Under the pieces are notes generated by a model that had not been told where the DNA came from, did not search any database, and worked only from the letters and a program-made list of their open reading frames with translations. Positions 29,499 to 39,278 of a stretch of 64,000 bases of DNA are shown here, one piece after another (positions within the stretch are counted from its first letter, which is position 1; every line of letters begins with the position of its first letter). The stretch is from Candidatus Cloacimonadota bacterium (GTDB taxonomy: Bacteria > Cloacimonadota > Cloacimonadia > JGIOTU-2): assembly GCA_030613025.1 (NCBI GenBank), contig JAUWMT010000008.1, positions 3,318-67,317 of the forward strand, written 5' to 3'. The position numbers and the translations under genes are program-made.

Positions 29499-30584
29499 AT
29501 GAAATCCGAGAAGCCCATTCGAAAGATCATTCATATAGACATGGATGCTTTCTTTGCAGCAGTGGAAGTGCGTGATCATCCTGAATATAAAGGGAAACCT
29601 CTTATAGTAGGCGGTGATCCGAACAGTAGGGGAGTTGTCGCCACGTGTTCCTATGAAGCCCGAAAATACGGCATCCATTCTGCAATGGCGAGCGCTGTGG
29701 CATACAGACTCTGTCCACATGCCATCTTCGTGCACGGCAGGCATGAGGTGTATAGTCAGGTTTCGAAGCAAATAAGAAAAATTTTTGTTGAGTATTCTCA
29801 CCTTGTCGAACCTGTCTCCATCGATGAGGCATATCTTGATGTGACCTATAATAAGAAAGGTATGAAATCAGCAACACTTATTGCAAAAGATATAAAGAAA
29901 AGGATTTATCAAGAAACAGGATTGACTGCTTCTGCAGGTGTGTCTTATAATATGTTCCTTGCAAAAATTGCTTCTGATATGGATAAGCCGGATGGGCTGG
30001 TAGTCATTCTTCCAGATAAAGCAAAAGAAGTGCTGGAAGGGCTTCCCATCGGAAAATTCTACGGTATCGGCAAAGTGACAGAAAAGAAAATGCAGATGCT
30101 GGGCATTCATACAGGAAAGGATTTGAAAGCCCAGACTCTCGAAGAATTAGTACGTCTTTTCGGAAAAGTCGGAAAATATTATTACTACATCGTAAGGGGA
30201 ATTGATAAAAGAGAAGTCACAACCGAACGGGAAATAAAATCAATTGGTCATGAGAATACCTTTGCAAAAGATATCGATGACATGCACGAAATGAAGGAAT
30301 ATTTGGAAAAATGTGCTGCGAAAATTGAAGAACGATTGAAGAAGCATAATGTCGCCGGACGAACGATAACTCTAAAAATAAGATACCCGGATTTCTATCG
30401 GGCGACAAGAAGTAGAACGATACTCAAACCGACACAAGATAAAGAGGTTATCATCAGCACAGTCAATTCTCTCTTGGAGGAAACGCTTGTGAAAAAATGC
30501 AGTATAAGATTGCTCGGGATAAGCGTTTCAAAGCTTGAGAAAGACGAGATCAATCTTCCATATCAGCTTACTTTAAAACTATAA
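29499..30584 (+). CDS. dinB: DNA polymerase IV (Y-family translesion polymerase).
   Basis: IIHIDMDAFFAAVE, PLIVGG...RGVVATCSYEARKYGI, SIDEAYLDVT, and little-finger domain motifs. Confidence 0.9.
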   Translation: MKSEKPIRKIIHIDMDAFFAAVEVRDHPEYKGKPLIVGGDPNSRGVVATCSYEARKYGIHSAMASAVAYRLCPHAIFVHGRHEVYSQVSKQIRKIFVEYSHLVEPVSIDEAYLDVTYNKKGMKSATLIAKDIKKRIYQETGLTASAGVSYNMFLAKIASDMDKPDGLVVILPDKAKEVLEGLPIGKFYGIGKVTEKKMQMLGIHTGKDLKAQTLEELVRLFGKVGKYYYYIVRGIDKREVTTEREIKSIGHENTFAKDIDDMHEMKEYLEKCAAKIEERLKKHNVAGRTITLKIRYPDFYRATRSRTILKPTQDKEVIISTVNSLLEETLVKKCSIRLLGISVSKLEKDEINLPYQLTLKL

Positions 30585-30695
30585 CAAAAAAAATACATTG
30601 AAGGATAGCTAAAAAAAGTGGCAGGTAGAATAAAAAAAATCACAGACCTTGACGTTAAAATTCTATAGAAAACCATTTTATCACACGGAGGTTCC

Positions 30696-32201
30696 ATGAA
30701 AGATAAAAAGATATCAACGCTGCATTTGCCTGTAGATCTCTCGTATTTACCGGCAGCTCAGGCATTCATAAACGAGCTGGCTCGCCTGGCAAAGTTTTCG
30801 CAGAAAGACATTACATTTTTCAATGTTGCTGTAGAAGAAGCAATTTCAAATGTGGTAAAGCATGCTTTTTTGCCCGATGAGAATGCAACATTCGATGTGA
30901 TCTGCGAATTAACACCTGTTGAATTCAAGGTGATTATACGGGACATGGGATTGCCTTTTGATCCAAGTCAGGTCGAGGATTTTTCTGCCGAAAGATCATT
31001 GGATGGAGACGAACAGGTTGGTTTAGGGTTTCGGCTTATGAAAGGCAGTGTGGATCAGTTGTCATTTCATAACATGGGATACGGAGGTAAAGAGGTACAT
31101 CTCGTAAAGTTCGTGGATCAGAAGCATGTTGAGAAATACTTTCAAAAATCTGAAATGGAAGCATTCGAGCGGCCCACGTACAAATCCAAGAAAGAACGGG
31201 TTAAGATACCTTTCCATGTGCTGCTCCTCCAAAAAAAGCAAGCAATCGAGATCTCGCAATGTGCCTATCGAACCTATGGTTATACCTACATCATGGAAAA
31301 CATATATTATCCGGAACGTCTGATCGAGATGACCAGGACTGGTGAGCTTATCTCCGCCGTAGCAGTATGCGATGAAAATGATGAAGTAATGGGACACTGC
31401 GCACTGGAGCGTTTTGGCAGAAAGTGTGATGTTCCCGAATTGGGAATGGCGTTCACAAAGCCGAAGTTCCGAGGTCAGGGATGTATGAACAGTCTGAATG
31501 AATTACTCGTAGAACAAGCCAAAGAGAAAGGTATCAAAGGCATGTTTGCTAAAGGTGTGACCACGCATCCTTTTTCTCAAAAAGCATTGCTCAGAAGCGG
31601 ATTCAAAGATTGTGCGATCCTTATTGGCTTGTCACCTCCGAAAACTTTTGAAGGCATGGAGGAACAGGGAGCTCAGAGAGAAACTCTTATAGTGTGTTAT
31701 TCTAAGCTCATTGACCAGAATCTGAAGATCTATGCTACACCTGATCACAAGGGCATGATAGAAAAGATTTATAAGAATATCGGGATTGTTGCGGAAGTGC
31801 TCATCCCTGAGAATTCTAAGGTGGGGTCAACGGGAATGGTGCAGTCTGATGTCGAAGTTGAAGTTAAAGATTTGCTCAATTTTGCGAATATTTATATCAA
31901 TGACTGCGGTGAGAATATTAAGCTGGAAATTGATCAGCGCATGCGCGAACTTTGCCAGAAGAAGACCGAGACTATTAATCTCTATCTTGACCTTTGTGAT
32001 GAAAATTCAGTGAATTATGTAGAGGATATCGAAGATTTGGGATTCTTCTTTGCAGGAGTATTCCCTAATGATAAAAAGCAGTACCTCGTGCTTCAGTACT
32101 TAAACAATGTGCCTATCGATTATAAGAGAATAGTGCTTGTTTCTGATTTTGTAAAAGAACTTGGAGAGTATGTAAAGGCGTGCGATCCGAATCAGAAGTG
32201 A
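30696..32201 (+). CDS. Fusion of an RsbW/SpoIIAB-like anti-sigma-factor kinase domain (HATPase_c_2) with a GNAT acetyltransferase domain.
   Basis: N-terminus EEAISNVVKHAF...VICELTPVEFKVIIRDMGLPFDP matches an anti-sigma serine kinase. A later region HCALERFGRKCDVPELGMAFTKPKFRGQGCMNSL...KGMFAKGVTTHPFSQKALLRSGF is GNAT-like. RBS GGAGG present. Confidence 0.5.
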   Translation: MKDKKISTLHLPVDLSYLPAAQAFINELARLAKFSQKDITFFNVAVEEAISNVVKHAFLPDENATFDVICELTPVEFKVIIRDMGLPFDPSQVEDFSAERSLDGDEQVGLGFRLMKGSVDQLSFHNMGYGGKEVHLVKFVDQKHVEKYFQKSEMEAFERPTYKSKKERVKIPFHVLLLQKKQAIEISQCAYRTYGYTYIMENIYYPERLIEMTRTGELISAVAVCDENDEVMGHCALERFGRKCDVPELGMAFTKPKFRGQGCMNSLNELLVEQAKEKGIKGMFAKGVTTHPFSQKALLRSGFKDCAILIGLSPPKTFEGMEEQGAQRETLIVCYSKLIDQNLKIYATPDHKGMIEKIYKNIGIVAEVLIPENSKVGSTGMVQSDVEVEVKDLLNFANIYINDCGENIKLEIDQRMRELCQKKTETINLYLDLCDENSVNYVEDIEDLGFFFAGVFPNDKKQYLVLQYLNNVPIDYKRIVLVSDFVKELGEYVKACDPNQK

Positions 32202-32393
32202 AAAGTTGTTGAAGCACGAATAAGCATTCAATAATATCCCAACAAAAATCGGGTAGATGCAGGTTTATCCTGCATCGGATTTCTACAATCCGAACCATTA
32301 CGACCTGTCACGTCGTAGTCCAGAAAGCATTCGGGACGAAGTCGGAAGGTTTCGAAGCTCAACCATTCGCAAGGTTCTGTCACTTAGAAAAAA

Positions 32394-33209
32394 TCAAAAC
32401 ATACCAGTGTTTCTGTCAGTTGAAGAGGTGGTTAGACTGTTCCTGAATTGATTTGAAGTTGGATATTTTTTTCGATTACTTTTACCCTCTAAATAATAAG
32501 AATCCAAAACTCTTTTGTAATTTATTTCATTCATGTCGATATTTTCAACTGTTGCACCTACCCAACCAATATTAGGCATAAAATACAATTTAATTCCCAA
32601 ATCATAATCTCTTTTAATAAGTGGTTTCAATTTTTTAAGTAAATTTAAGCGTTCTAAAATTGTTTCATCTTCATAAAAATCCCAAGTATAAACAACACAG
32701 TTATAATTACCTGAAGGCGTTTTAAATTGTTCGTTTATTGATAAACATTTGAAAGAAATTGTATCCATAATTACACCATTTTCGTCAGCATTATGAAAAA
32801 ACCATTCTTCACCTTCAGATACTGGATATTTAAAATGAATGCATCTAAAAATTATAGTATCTTGTTCTGAATTAATACTACCATAAGAATAACAACCATC
32901 ATTTTCATTACCATATAACCATTTTATATTGTAAGGTTCTTCATATTCTATAAATGCAGTATATTCTTTATCTTCTAATTGGAAATTAAATTTACCAATA
33001 ATTTCAATACTTATTGTGTCTACAATTATTGTGTCAATTGGGTTTTCTTGTGGAAATGCCACAAATATTGAATCTATATAGGTCCATAAATTACCAACAG
33101 CAAGAGGATAGATAACATTCTTTTCTGGTTTATCTTTTTCCTTACTACATGATGTAAAAGAATAAATCATTATTAATATAATGAATATGAATATTATCAA
33201 TTTTTTCAT
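32394..33209 (-). CDS. Hypothetical lipoprotein.
   Basis: Signal peptide with lipobox (IYSFTSC). No recognisable domain. Confidence 0.4.
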   Translation of the reverse strand: MKKLIIFIFIILIMIYSFTSCSKEKDKPEKNVIYPLAVGNLWTYIDSIFVAFPQENPIDTIIVDTISIEIIGKFNFQLEDKEYTAFIEYEEPYNIKWLYGNENDGCYSYGSINSEQDTIIFRCIHFKYPVSEGEEWFFHNADENGVIMDTISFKCLSINEQFKTPSGNYNCVVYTWDFYEDETILERLNLLKKLKPLIKRDYDLGIKLYFMPNIGWVGATVENIDMNEINYKRVLDSYYLEGKSNRKKYPTSNQFRNSLTTSSTDRNTGMF

Positions 33210-33384
33210 AATTTGTCTCCATGTTTATTTTTATTAGCGGTCTAACGTTACAGCTCAGGGGCGGCAAACAATGTGGTGTAACCAACCTTGGAATACCACC
33301 AGACTTCATGCGGGGCACTCACTTGGAAAAATCCCCATGCTGTTTGCCGTCCCTTGCAACCGATTGTTAGCCTTTCTAAACACG

Positions 33385-34491
33385 TTAATATAGTTCTACA
33401 AAGCCACAAAGTTTTGAAATACTTTCTTCACTATTTTCTGGTGGATTTTGAATATACAAAATGTACTTCTGAGAAAGAAGTTTATCTTTTAGCATATCCC
33501 AAAGTTGAAGAAAATCTGATTCATTATACTGTTTCTCCCATTCCGTAATAGTTGTGGCAATTATTAAGAACAAATCTTGTAATCGACGGAATATGTTTTC
33601 AATATTGTCTCGTTTGAATGGAATAAGGCGAGAGTACTGAATATTTCCATTGGCAACAATAAAAAGCAGAACAGAAGGATAAGCCATTCTGGTACGTTCT
33701 TCTCCGAAAAAATTTTTTAATAATTTTGAAAAGTAGTAAGTCCTACTACGTGAACGCGATAAGGACGCTTCAGTCAATAATTCTAGGGTACGATCTGTCT
33801 CAGTTTCACATTCTTCATCATCCTTAATAGCAAAGATTTCAAAGCGATGGCCTGATGAGGCATCAAGAGCGTCCCAGTAAATCTGATCAGAAAATAATTT
33901 TCGTATCTCTGCGGTTTTTTCATCATAAACCACAGTACCAAATATAGTTACAGGTTGTTTTCGGCATAAATCTATTAAATATGACGTAAGATGTTCAGCC
34001 TTAAGTTGTCCAAGGGGTATTCTTGGTATTTTTATTTCTGGTGGGATAACCAGTTTCTCATTATGATCAGTTATTTTTTGCACAAGTATTTCACAAACCC
34101 CTATCACTCCCTGTTTCCTTAAATCGAGATATGCTGTAGCAGTCGGCAATCCTTTTGGCCAAGAATCGTCAACCAGTATAGGCAGAAAATATTCTGATTC
34201 ACTTTCTATCATCCTATCAAAGGCAGAATGTTTTTCTACTGTTGTAAAAGCTTTTACACAATAGTTATTGGAAATTAAAGCAACGCAATACTTGCCGCGT
34301 GTACGATACGTTTCATCCAGATATTCAACTAAATTTTTCCCCCAAATTTCATGCTGTAAATCTTCGTCAAGAAATACTGTTATTCCGTTTTCTTTACATA
34401 TATCTGAAATGGCACGAGCATACACACGTTCTGTCCCAGCAAAGGAGAGTAATACATCAAATTCCCTAGTTTTTTCCATTTCGATTATCAT
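33385..34491 (-). CDS. TIR-domain protein (N-terminal TIR, ~230-aa unknown C-terminal domain).
   Basis: N-terminus EFDVLLSFAGTERVYARAISDICKENGITVFLDEDLQ...KYCVALISNNYCVKAFTTVEKHSAFD follows the TIR pattern (DVFLSF..., CxxEL-like motif). Confidence 0.65.
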   Translation of the reverse strand: MIIEMEKTREFDVLLSFAGTERVYARAISDICKENGITVFLDEDLQHEIWGKNLVEYLDETYRTRGKYCVALISNNYCVKAFTTVEKHSAFDRMIESESEYFLPILVDDSWPKGLPTATAYLDLRKQGVIGVCEILVQKITDHNEKLVIPPEIKIPRIPLGQLKAEHLTSYLIDLCRKQPVTIFGTVVYDEKTAEIRKLFSDQIYWDALDASSGHRFEIFAIKDDEECETETDRTLELLTEASLSRSRSRTYYFSKLLKNFFGEERTRMAYPSVLLFIVANGNIQYSRLIPFKRDNIENIFRRLQDLFLIIATTITEWEKQYNESDFLQLWDMLKDKLLSQKYILYIQNPPENSEESISKLCGFVELY

Positions 34492-34683
34492 CTCCTATTT
34501 CGTTTATGGCTAACATATTTATTAAGTTACTTAAATTTGTATATTTTGCTTAACTCCGTAGTATATGCCATCAGTTAATATCACCAACACAATTTATGTT
34601 TATTTGGTAAATATTTAATTTCACTGTCAATTTTAAATAATAACAGCTTAATTATGCAGAAGGTAAAATTAGGATACACTATC

Positions 34684-35700
34684 CTACCCCATAAACTCAT
34701 TTCCGACTTTACGTGCGCGTTCCGGTTTATCCAGATCAATACCGAGCGCTAAACCGATTTCAACCAACAAATTCCAACCGGCGCTCAAATATACATAAGG
34801 ATTCATCTCACCGGCATCCGGCACAAGTATTGTAGTGAAAGGTGTTTCTCTATTAGCAATCGCTACTACGTGAAGCCCGACACCTTTTACTAAAACATCC
34901 TGAAATTTTTCGATTTCATCATCGATCGGATCTATTACAAAAACAATATCACTCTTATTCATAACTTCTTCAATGCCGTGAACAGCATACGTACCTTCCA
35001 AAAAGTCAGACTTTTTGCGGGTGATTTCATTTGTTTTAAGAGTCAGCTCTTCAGCCACGCCATCGTTATAGCCGGCAAAGAAAATCGTTGGTGCTTTTGT
35101 TGCTGCTTCAATAATACTCGGATCGATCGGTAATGTTAATGCTGTTTCAATTTTCTGTGCCAAATCAGGATAAACATCAGTATTATTTTTATTGGCTATA
35201 TGCCCAAGGATCGATTCATAAAATAATGCTTGTTCAATAACACTCTTTGTTGCTGCTACTGCCTGTTCCCAGCCACATGTGAGGACAAACGTCTCAGCGC
35301 AGGCATCTTCCAGAAGTGTTCCTTTGTTGGCAGATAAACAAAAACGATATTTGTTACCCAGTTCAGTCAGTTGTTTTGCAAGCAGAACCACCTCTTTGGT
35401 TCTTCCTGAGTTGGATGCGCAAAAAACAGCAAATTTTAAAAGATCATATTGTGCTGCTTGACGAGAACCGTCAGTTGCAATGCAGAGATCCAGTCCCATT
35501 GTAAGCGCTTTGCGAATAGCATTCTTTGCAGGAAAGATCCTGCTCGAACCTTCACCTGTAAGTAGAAGCCTGCCAACAGATTTGATTTTCTCTGCTACAT
35601 CTTTTGTCTGATCCGAATTAAAATTTTTCACCACATCGATAGTATCCATCATTTCCTGAACTAATGCATACTTAGAATATTTTTCTTCTGTCAAATTCAT
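34684..35700 (-). CDS. Tandem SIS-domain sugar-phosphate isomerase/binding protein (GlmS isomerase-domain / AgaS-like).
   Basis: LLLTGEGSSRIFPAKN and a second SIS-like half (FFAGYNDGVAEELTLKTNE...). About 338 aa. Confidence 0.55.
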   Translation of the reverse strand: MNLTEEKYSKYALVQEMMDTIDVVKNFNSDQTKDVAEKIKSVGRLLLTGEGSSRIFPAKNAIRKALTMGLDLCIATDGSRQAAQYDLLKFAVFCASNSGRTKEVVLLAKQLTELGNKYRFCLSANKGTLLEDACAETFVLTCGWEQAVAATKSVIEQALFYESILGHIANKNNTDVYPDLAQKIETALTLPIDPSIIEAATKAPTIFFAGYNDGVAEELTLKTNEITRKKSDFLEGTYAVHGIEEVMNKSDIVFVIDPIDDEIEKFQDVLVKGVGLHVVAIANRETPFTTILVPDAGEMNPYVYLSAGWNLLVEIGLALGIDLDKPERARKVGNEFMG

Positions 35701-35772
35701 TTCTTAACTCCTTTCATGATTAAGTTAATCTAATTGAGTCCATTCTAAAAAGTTAAATTTAAGAAAGCGAGA

Positions 35773-35867
35773 AACCGTTGAAACGGTTAATGCATTTTTT
35801 TTCATTAACCACCAACTTAAGTTGGTGGTTAATAAGAAGATAGGAACTTCCAACCGATTCATCGGTT
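35773..35867. repeat. Copy 2 of the three-hairpin intergenic repeat, inverted relative to copy 1.
   Basis: AACCGTT-GAA-AACGGTT (35773-35788), TTAACCACCAAC-TTAA-GTTGGTGGTTAA (35805-35832), AACCGAT-TC-ATCGGTT (35852-35867). The reverse complement aligns with 6347-6480, including the spacer TTAAGAAGA.AG.AAC. Confidence 0.8.
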
Positions 35868-35951
35868 TCCAAATATTTGATACATTTTCTAACATATTTC
35901 TAATCACATACTTTTTAGAGTAAACTCATAATTGTAATTGATTTTTTTATC

Positions 35952-38156
35952 TCAACTTCTGTTTTTAATATTAGCTATTAGTTTCTTAAAATCTTCTGTT
36001 TCATTTCGAACCTGATTAATAAAACTATTATCTTCAATAGTTCCAGTTGCAGCCGTCATCTCAGCCATATTTCTGTAAGTTGCCTGGCGAAACGGATTAT
36101 CATAATCTTTTTTCCTTGAGATGTAAACCTGATCCCTGATGAATCTCTGGATTTCTACTGCTTTATCCAATGCTGATATCCATTGTTCATTTGTGGGTTT
36201 ATCTGTTTCAAGTATTTCGCAAAGTGTAGCAAATGCGTGCTTTTGTTTCTCAAACGTATATTTTTCCCAAAGTGTATCATACCTGTGATGGATTTCATCC
36301 CAATTGCTAAGTTTGCCGGAACCAATATCCGAACGAATTTGATCGACATTTTGCTCTGGAATAAGTTGTCCGCCGAGGTTTACCCAATTTTTTTCGCGTT
36401 TACTTTTTAAAGCTTCACACATTGATGAAAATCCAACTTCCGGATTTGTTTCCAAGTATTCTAATAGATTCTTAATTGCGTAATAATGGAGCATATCGCG
36501 ATATGCATGATATGCCTTGTATGCTTTGAGGATCACAACCTTTCGCTCTGATTTCTCCATGTTTTCACCGAGAATTTCTAACTCATTTATTTGCTGTTCA
36601 GTTCCCAATAAAAGCTTACGTCCAATTATGGCGAGTTCTTCATTGTTTTTATCATCAAACGGATCACCCTTACTGCGTAAACTGGCTTTTGCAGTCCATA
36701 TTTCCAATAATTTACAAGCGCTGAATATTTCTTCAATAGTGTCGGGCGCCAAAGAATCAAATTCAATATTTTGGAATTTTCCTTTACGTTTGTCACGCTT
36801 CTGAAATTTCCAAGAATTCCTTGCCAGTGCATACATATTATACAACCACCAGAATGCAGGCATAATTTCCAAATGATCCTTCGATGTATTGTTGTTGAGA
36901 AGTGAAAACGGCAATGGGATATCAAGCTCGTTTGGATAATCAGCTTTGGAAAGTAGTACGAAAGAAGCAAAACGACATGAATGTTTAATACTCGTGCATA
37001 ATCCCGGCCAGAATCCGCGACCTGCCTGGATCTCATTATCATTAGCTCTGCTATTGTGATTTGAACCGATTGTTGCACCCGCAGCCATATTGCTTTGACC
37101 CATTACAACCGCTGCAACAAGAAATGAATTATTATGATGCTGTTCGTGTGCAGGAAATATCAGACTGTAGAGCACTTCACAACATGAAATAGTTGAATTG
37201 GCTCCAAGAAATGAGTGGATAAGTCGTGCTCCATATTTTAAGCTTGAATTATCCCCTAAAATAAATCGTACTGCTTTACAGCCGTAAAAAATATGGCAGC
37301 CGTATCCAATAATGCCATTAACTAATTCAACGCCCTCGCCAATCTGTGTTCGTTCTGACTCTGAAGATTTTATTGTTAGATTCTTAAGTTTATTGATTCC
37401 CTTAATATAACAGTGTGAGCCGATTTGAACATCCTTAAGAGTACGGGAATTTTTAATTACGCACTGATCTCCGATCGTGCCATAGAAACCTCGTCGAGAA
37501 TCGCAGCTATTTTGTGTTATCTCTTTCAGTTTTTCTTGTAATGCGGTATCATCCCGATACTTTGCCCAGATATAAGCATCGGCAGGTATTATGCCGTCAA
37601 AAGGTATTATGCTTCGAGAACCGGTCTCATTTATCAGGTCAAGCCATATTCGGACATCTTCTGTTTCACCTTCTTTGATAATTCCATTGCCGAATTTTGC
37701 ATGGTTAGTTGTTTGTATTTCATCGATGCTGGATAGGATACAACGATCGCCAATAATGAAATTTGACAAATACCGAACATCATGAATTGCAACATCATCT
37801 CCTATATCACAAGCTATAATTGTGCTGTTTGTAATACCAACCGGAACCTTTAGGTCATGATGTTCAAGAATTACATTTCGTACATTTCCAATTCGGATAA
37901 GTCCGAAGAACTCATTATTTTTTATTTGAGCAGTATCAAATTGATCGGTGACGAATATTTCGTCCCAATTAACAGAAGTATTGTTGTTTTCTACAAGTTG
38001 CTCAACTTCTTTTGAGCTCAAATGACGCCAGCGGTCTTTGGTCCATGAAGTTTGTAAATTACGAAGATAATATTCATCTTTTCCATCCGGGAGGTATTCT
38101 TTGGGTATGAAATTTTTTCCAATACCGCCTGATGAAAGAATTGAGACAGTACTCAT
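35952..38156 (-). CDS. Large hexapeptide-repeat-like protein predicted to form a left-handed beta-helix, possibly a DUF4954-type family; function unknown.
   Basis: 734-aa ORF with recurring [LIV]G-x-x-x-x-I hexapeptide-like periodicity in the central region. The family assignment is from memory only. Confidence 0.4.
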   Translation of the reverse strand: MSTVSILSSGGIGKNFIPKEYLPDGKDEYYLRNLQTSWTKDRWRHLSSKEVEQLVENNNTSVNWDEIFVTDQFDTAQIKNNEFFGLIRIGNVRNVILEHHDLKVPVGITNSTIIACDIGDDVAIHDVRYLSNFIIGDRCILSSIDEIQTTNHAKFGNGIIKEGETEDVRIWLDLINETGSRSIIPFDGIIPADAYIWAKYRDDTALQEKLKEITQNSCDSRRGFYGTIGDQCVIKNSRTLKDVQIGSHCYIKGINKLKNLTIKSSESERTQIGEGVELVNGIIGYGCHIFYGCKAVRFILGDNSSLKYGARLIHSFLGANSTISCCEVLYSLIFPAHEQHHNNSFLVAAVVMGQSNMAAGATIGSNHNSRANDNEIQAGRGFWPGLCTSIKHSCRFASFVLLSKADYPNELDIPLPFSLLNNNTSKDHLEIMPAFWWLYNMYALARNSWKFQKRDKRKGKFQNIEFDSLAPDTIEEIFSACKLLEIWTAKASLRSKGDPFDDKNNEELAIIGRKLLLGTEQQINELEILGENMEKSERKVVILKAYKAYHAYRDMLHYYAIKNLLEYLETNPEVGFSSMCEALKSKREKNWVNLGGQLIPEQNVDQIRSDIGSGKLSNWDEIHHRYDTLWEKYTFEKQKHAFATLCEILETDKPTNEQWISALDKAVEIQRFIRDQVYISRKKDYDNPFRQATYRNMAEMTAATGTIEDNSFINQVRNETEDFKKLIANIKNRS

Positions 38157-38388
38157 ATTATGTACTCCTTAAATATTATAAATTTGATATTGATTTCTTT
38201 TTTCTCGTATTTTATAGTCAATAAAAAAGTGCCCGATCAAGCAATTTTGATTTAATTAATTTTCCGGCAGGTTAATAAAAAGAGAGTAACTATGGAAGTA
38301 TCCCAGAAAAAATGTGATTTAAAAAAAAGTAATGACTGTGCTTAAAATAATTCGGAGCTGCGATTGTCTCAACCGAGATTTTTGTATT

Positions 38389-39000
38389 TTACTTCACTAC
38401 CCAGCAACCTTCTACCACCAATTTTCTTTTTTCAAATATTTTTCCGTTAAACTTATCACCAGATTTAATAGGACCCACGCCTTTTGGCGTACCACTCATT
38501 ATTAAATCACCATCCTCAAATGAAAGAAAATCGGTCGCTTCTTTTAATATTTCATCTGGCTTATTCAGCATTAGATCACAGCCGCCCTTCTGTACCAAAC
38601 TGCCATTTATATAAAGCTCCATTCTCAAATCGTTAATATTACCCCTGAAAGTGATGAACTCACTAAATACAGCAGATCTATCAAAAGATTTTGCGCGTTC
38701 CCATGGCAGCCCTTTTGATCTCAATTTAGATTGGACTTCTCTCTTTGTAAGGTCCAAGCCAAATCCCACACCCTTCAGTTTATCAGAACTAATTAAAAAA
38801 GAAATTTCACCCTCATAATGAATAACGTCATATTTACTGGAATAAATATCATTTGATATGGATGAATTTGGCTTAATAAATATTATCGGTTGTTTTGGCA
38901 CTTCATTATGAAGCTCTTCAATATGATCTACATAGTTTCTTCCTATGCATACAATCTTAGACGGATAAACATCTTTGCCGTCAAATATAATTGATTTCAT
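38389..39000 (-). CDS. Fumarylacetoacetate hydrolase (FAH) family protein.
   Basis: KIVCIGRNYVDHIEE...PIIFIKP signature of FAH-family hydratases/isomerases. 203 aa. Confidence 0.65.
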   Translation of the reverse strand: MKSIIFDGKDVYPSKIVCIGRNYVDHIEELHNEVPKQPIIFIKPNSSISNDIYSSKYDVIHYEGEISFLISSDKLKGVGFGLDLTKREVQSKLRSKGLPWERAKSFDRSAVFSEFITFRGNINDLRMELYINGSLVQKGGCDLMLNKPDEILKEATDFLSFEDGDLIMSGTPKGVGPIKSGDKFNGKIFEKRKLVVEGCWVVK

Positions 39001-39278
39001 TTTGTATTCCTATTCATAGTTTCTTTTTGAAACAAAAGACACAAAATGGTGTCAATTTTTTGTTGATTTGCAGTCTTTGAATTCAATTTAGGTGTGAAGA
39101 TTTTGTAAAGATAGAATAATTTATGACAAATAGTAGTATTTTTACTTTAATGGTCGGTTTAACAGGAACCGAGCAAACGCTCGCTTAAATCAAAGAAATA
39201 ATTCCATAAACATTGCTCTTTAGAATTCATAGTATGTGTAGGAATCCTTGTATAAATCTGTGTTATATGATGATATCA

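Noticed and set aside
32429-32439. Third copy of GGTGGTTAGAC as part of an att-site family.
   Set aside because: It lies inside the 3' end of a coding region. A 9-11-mer is expected about once by chance in 64 kb. Only the pair flanking the GC-rich insertion is reported, with a caveat.
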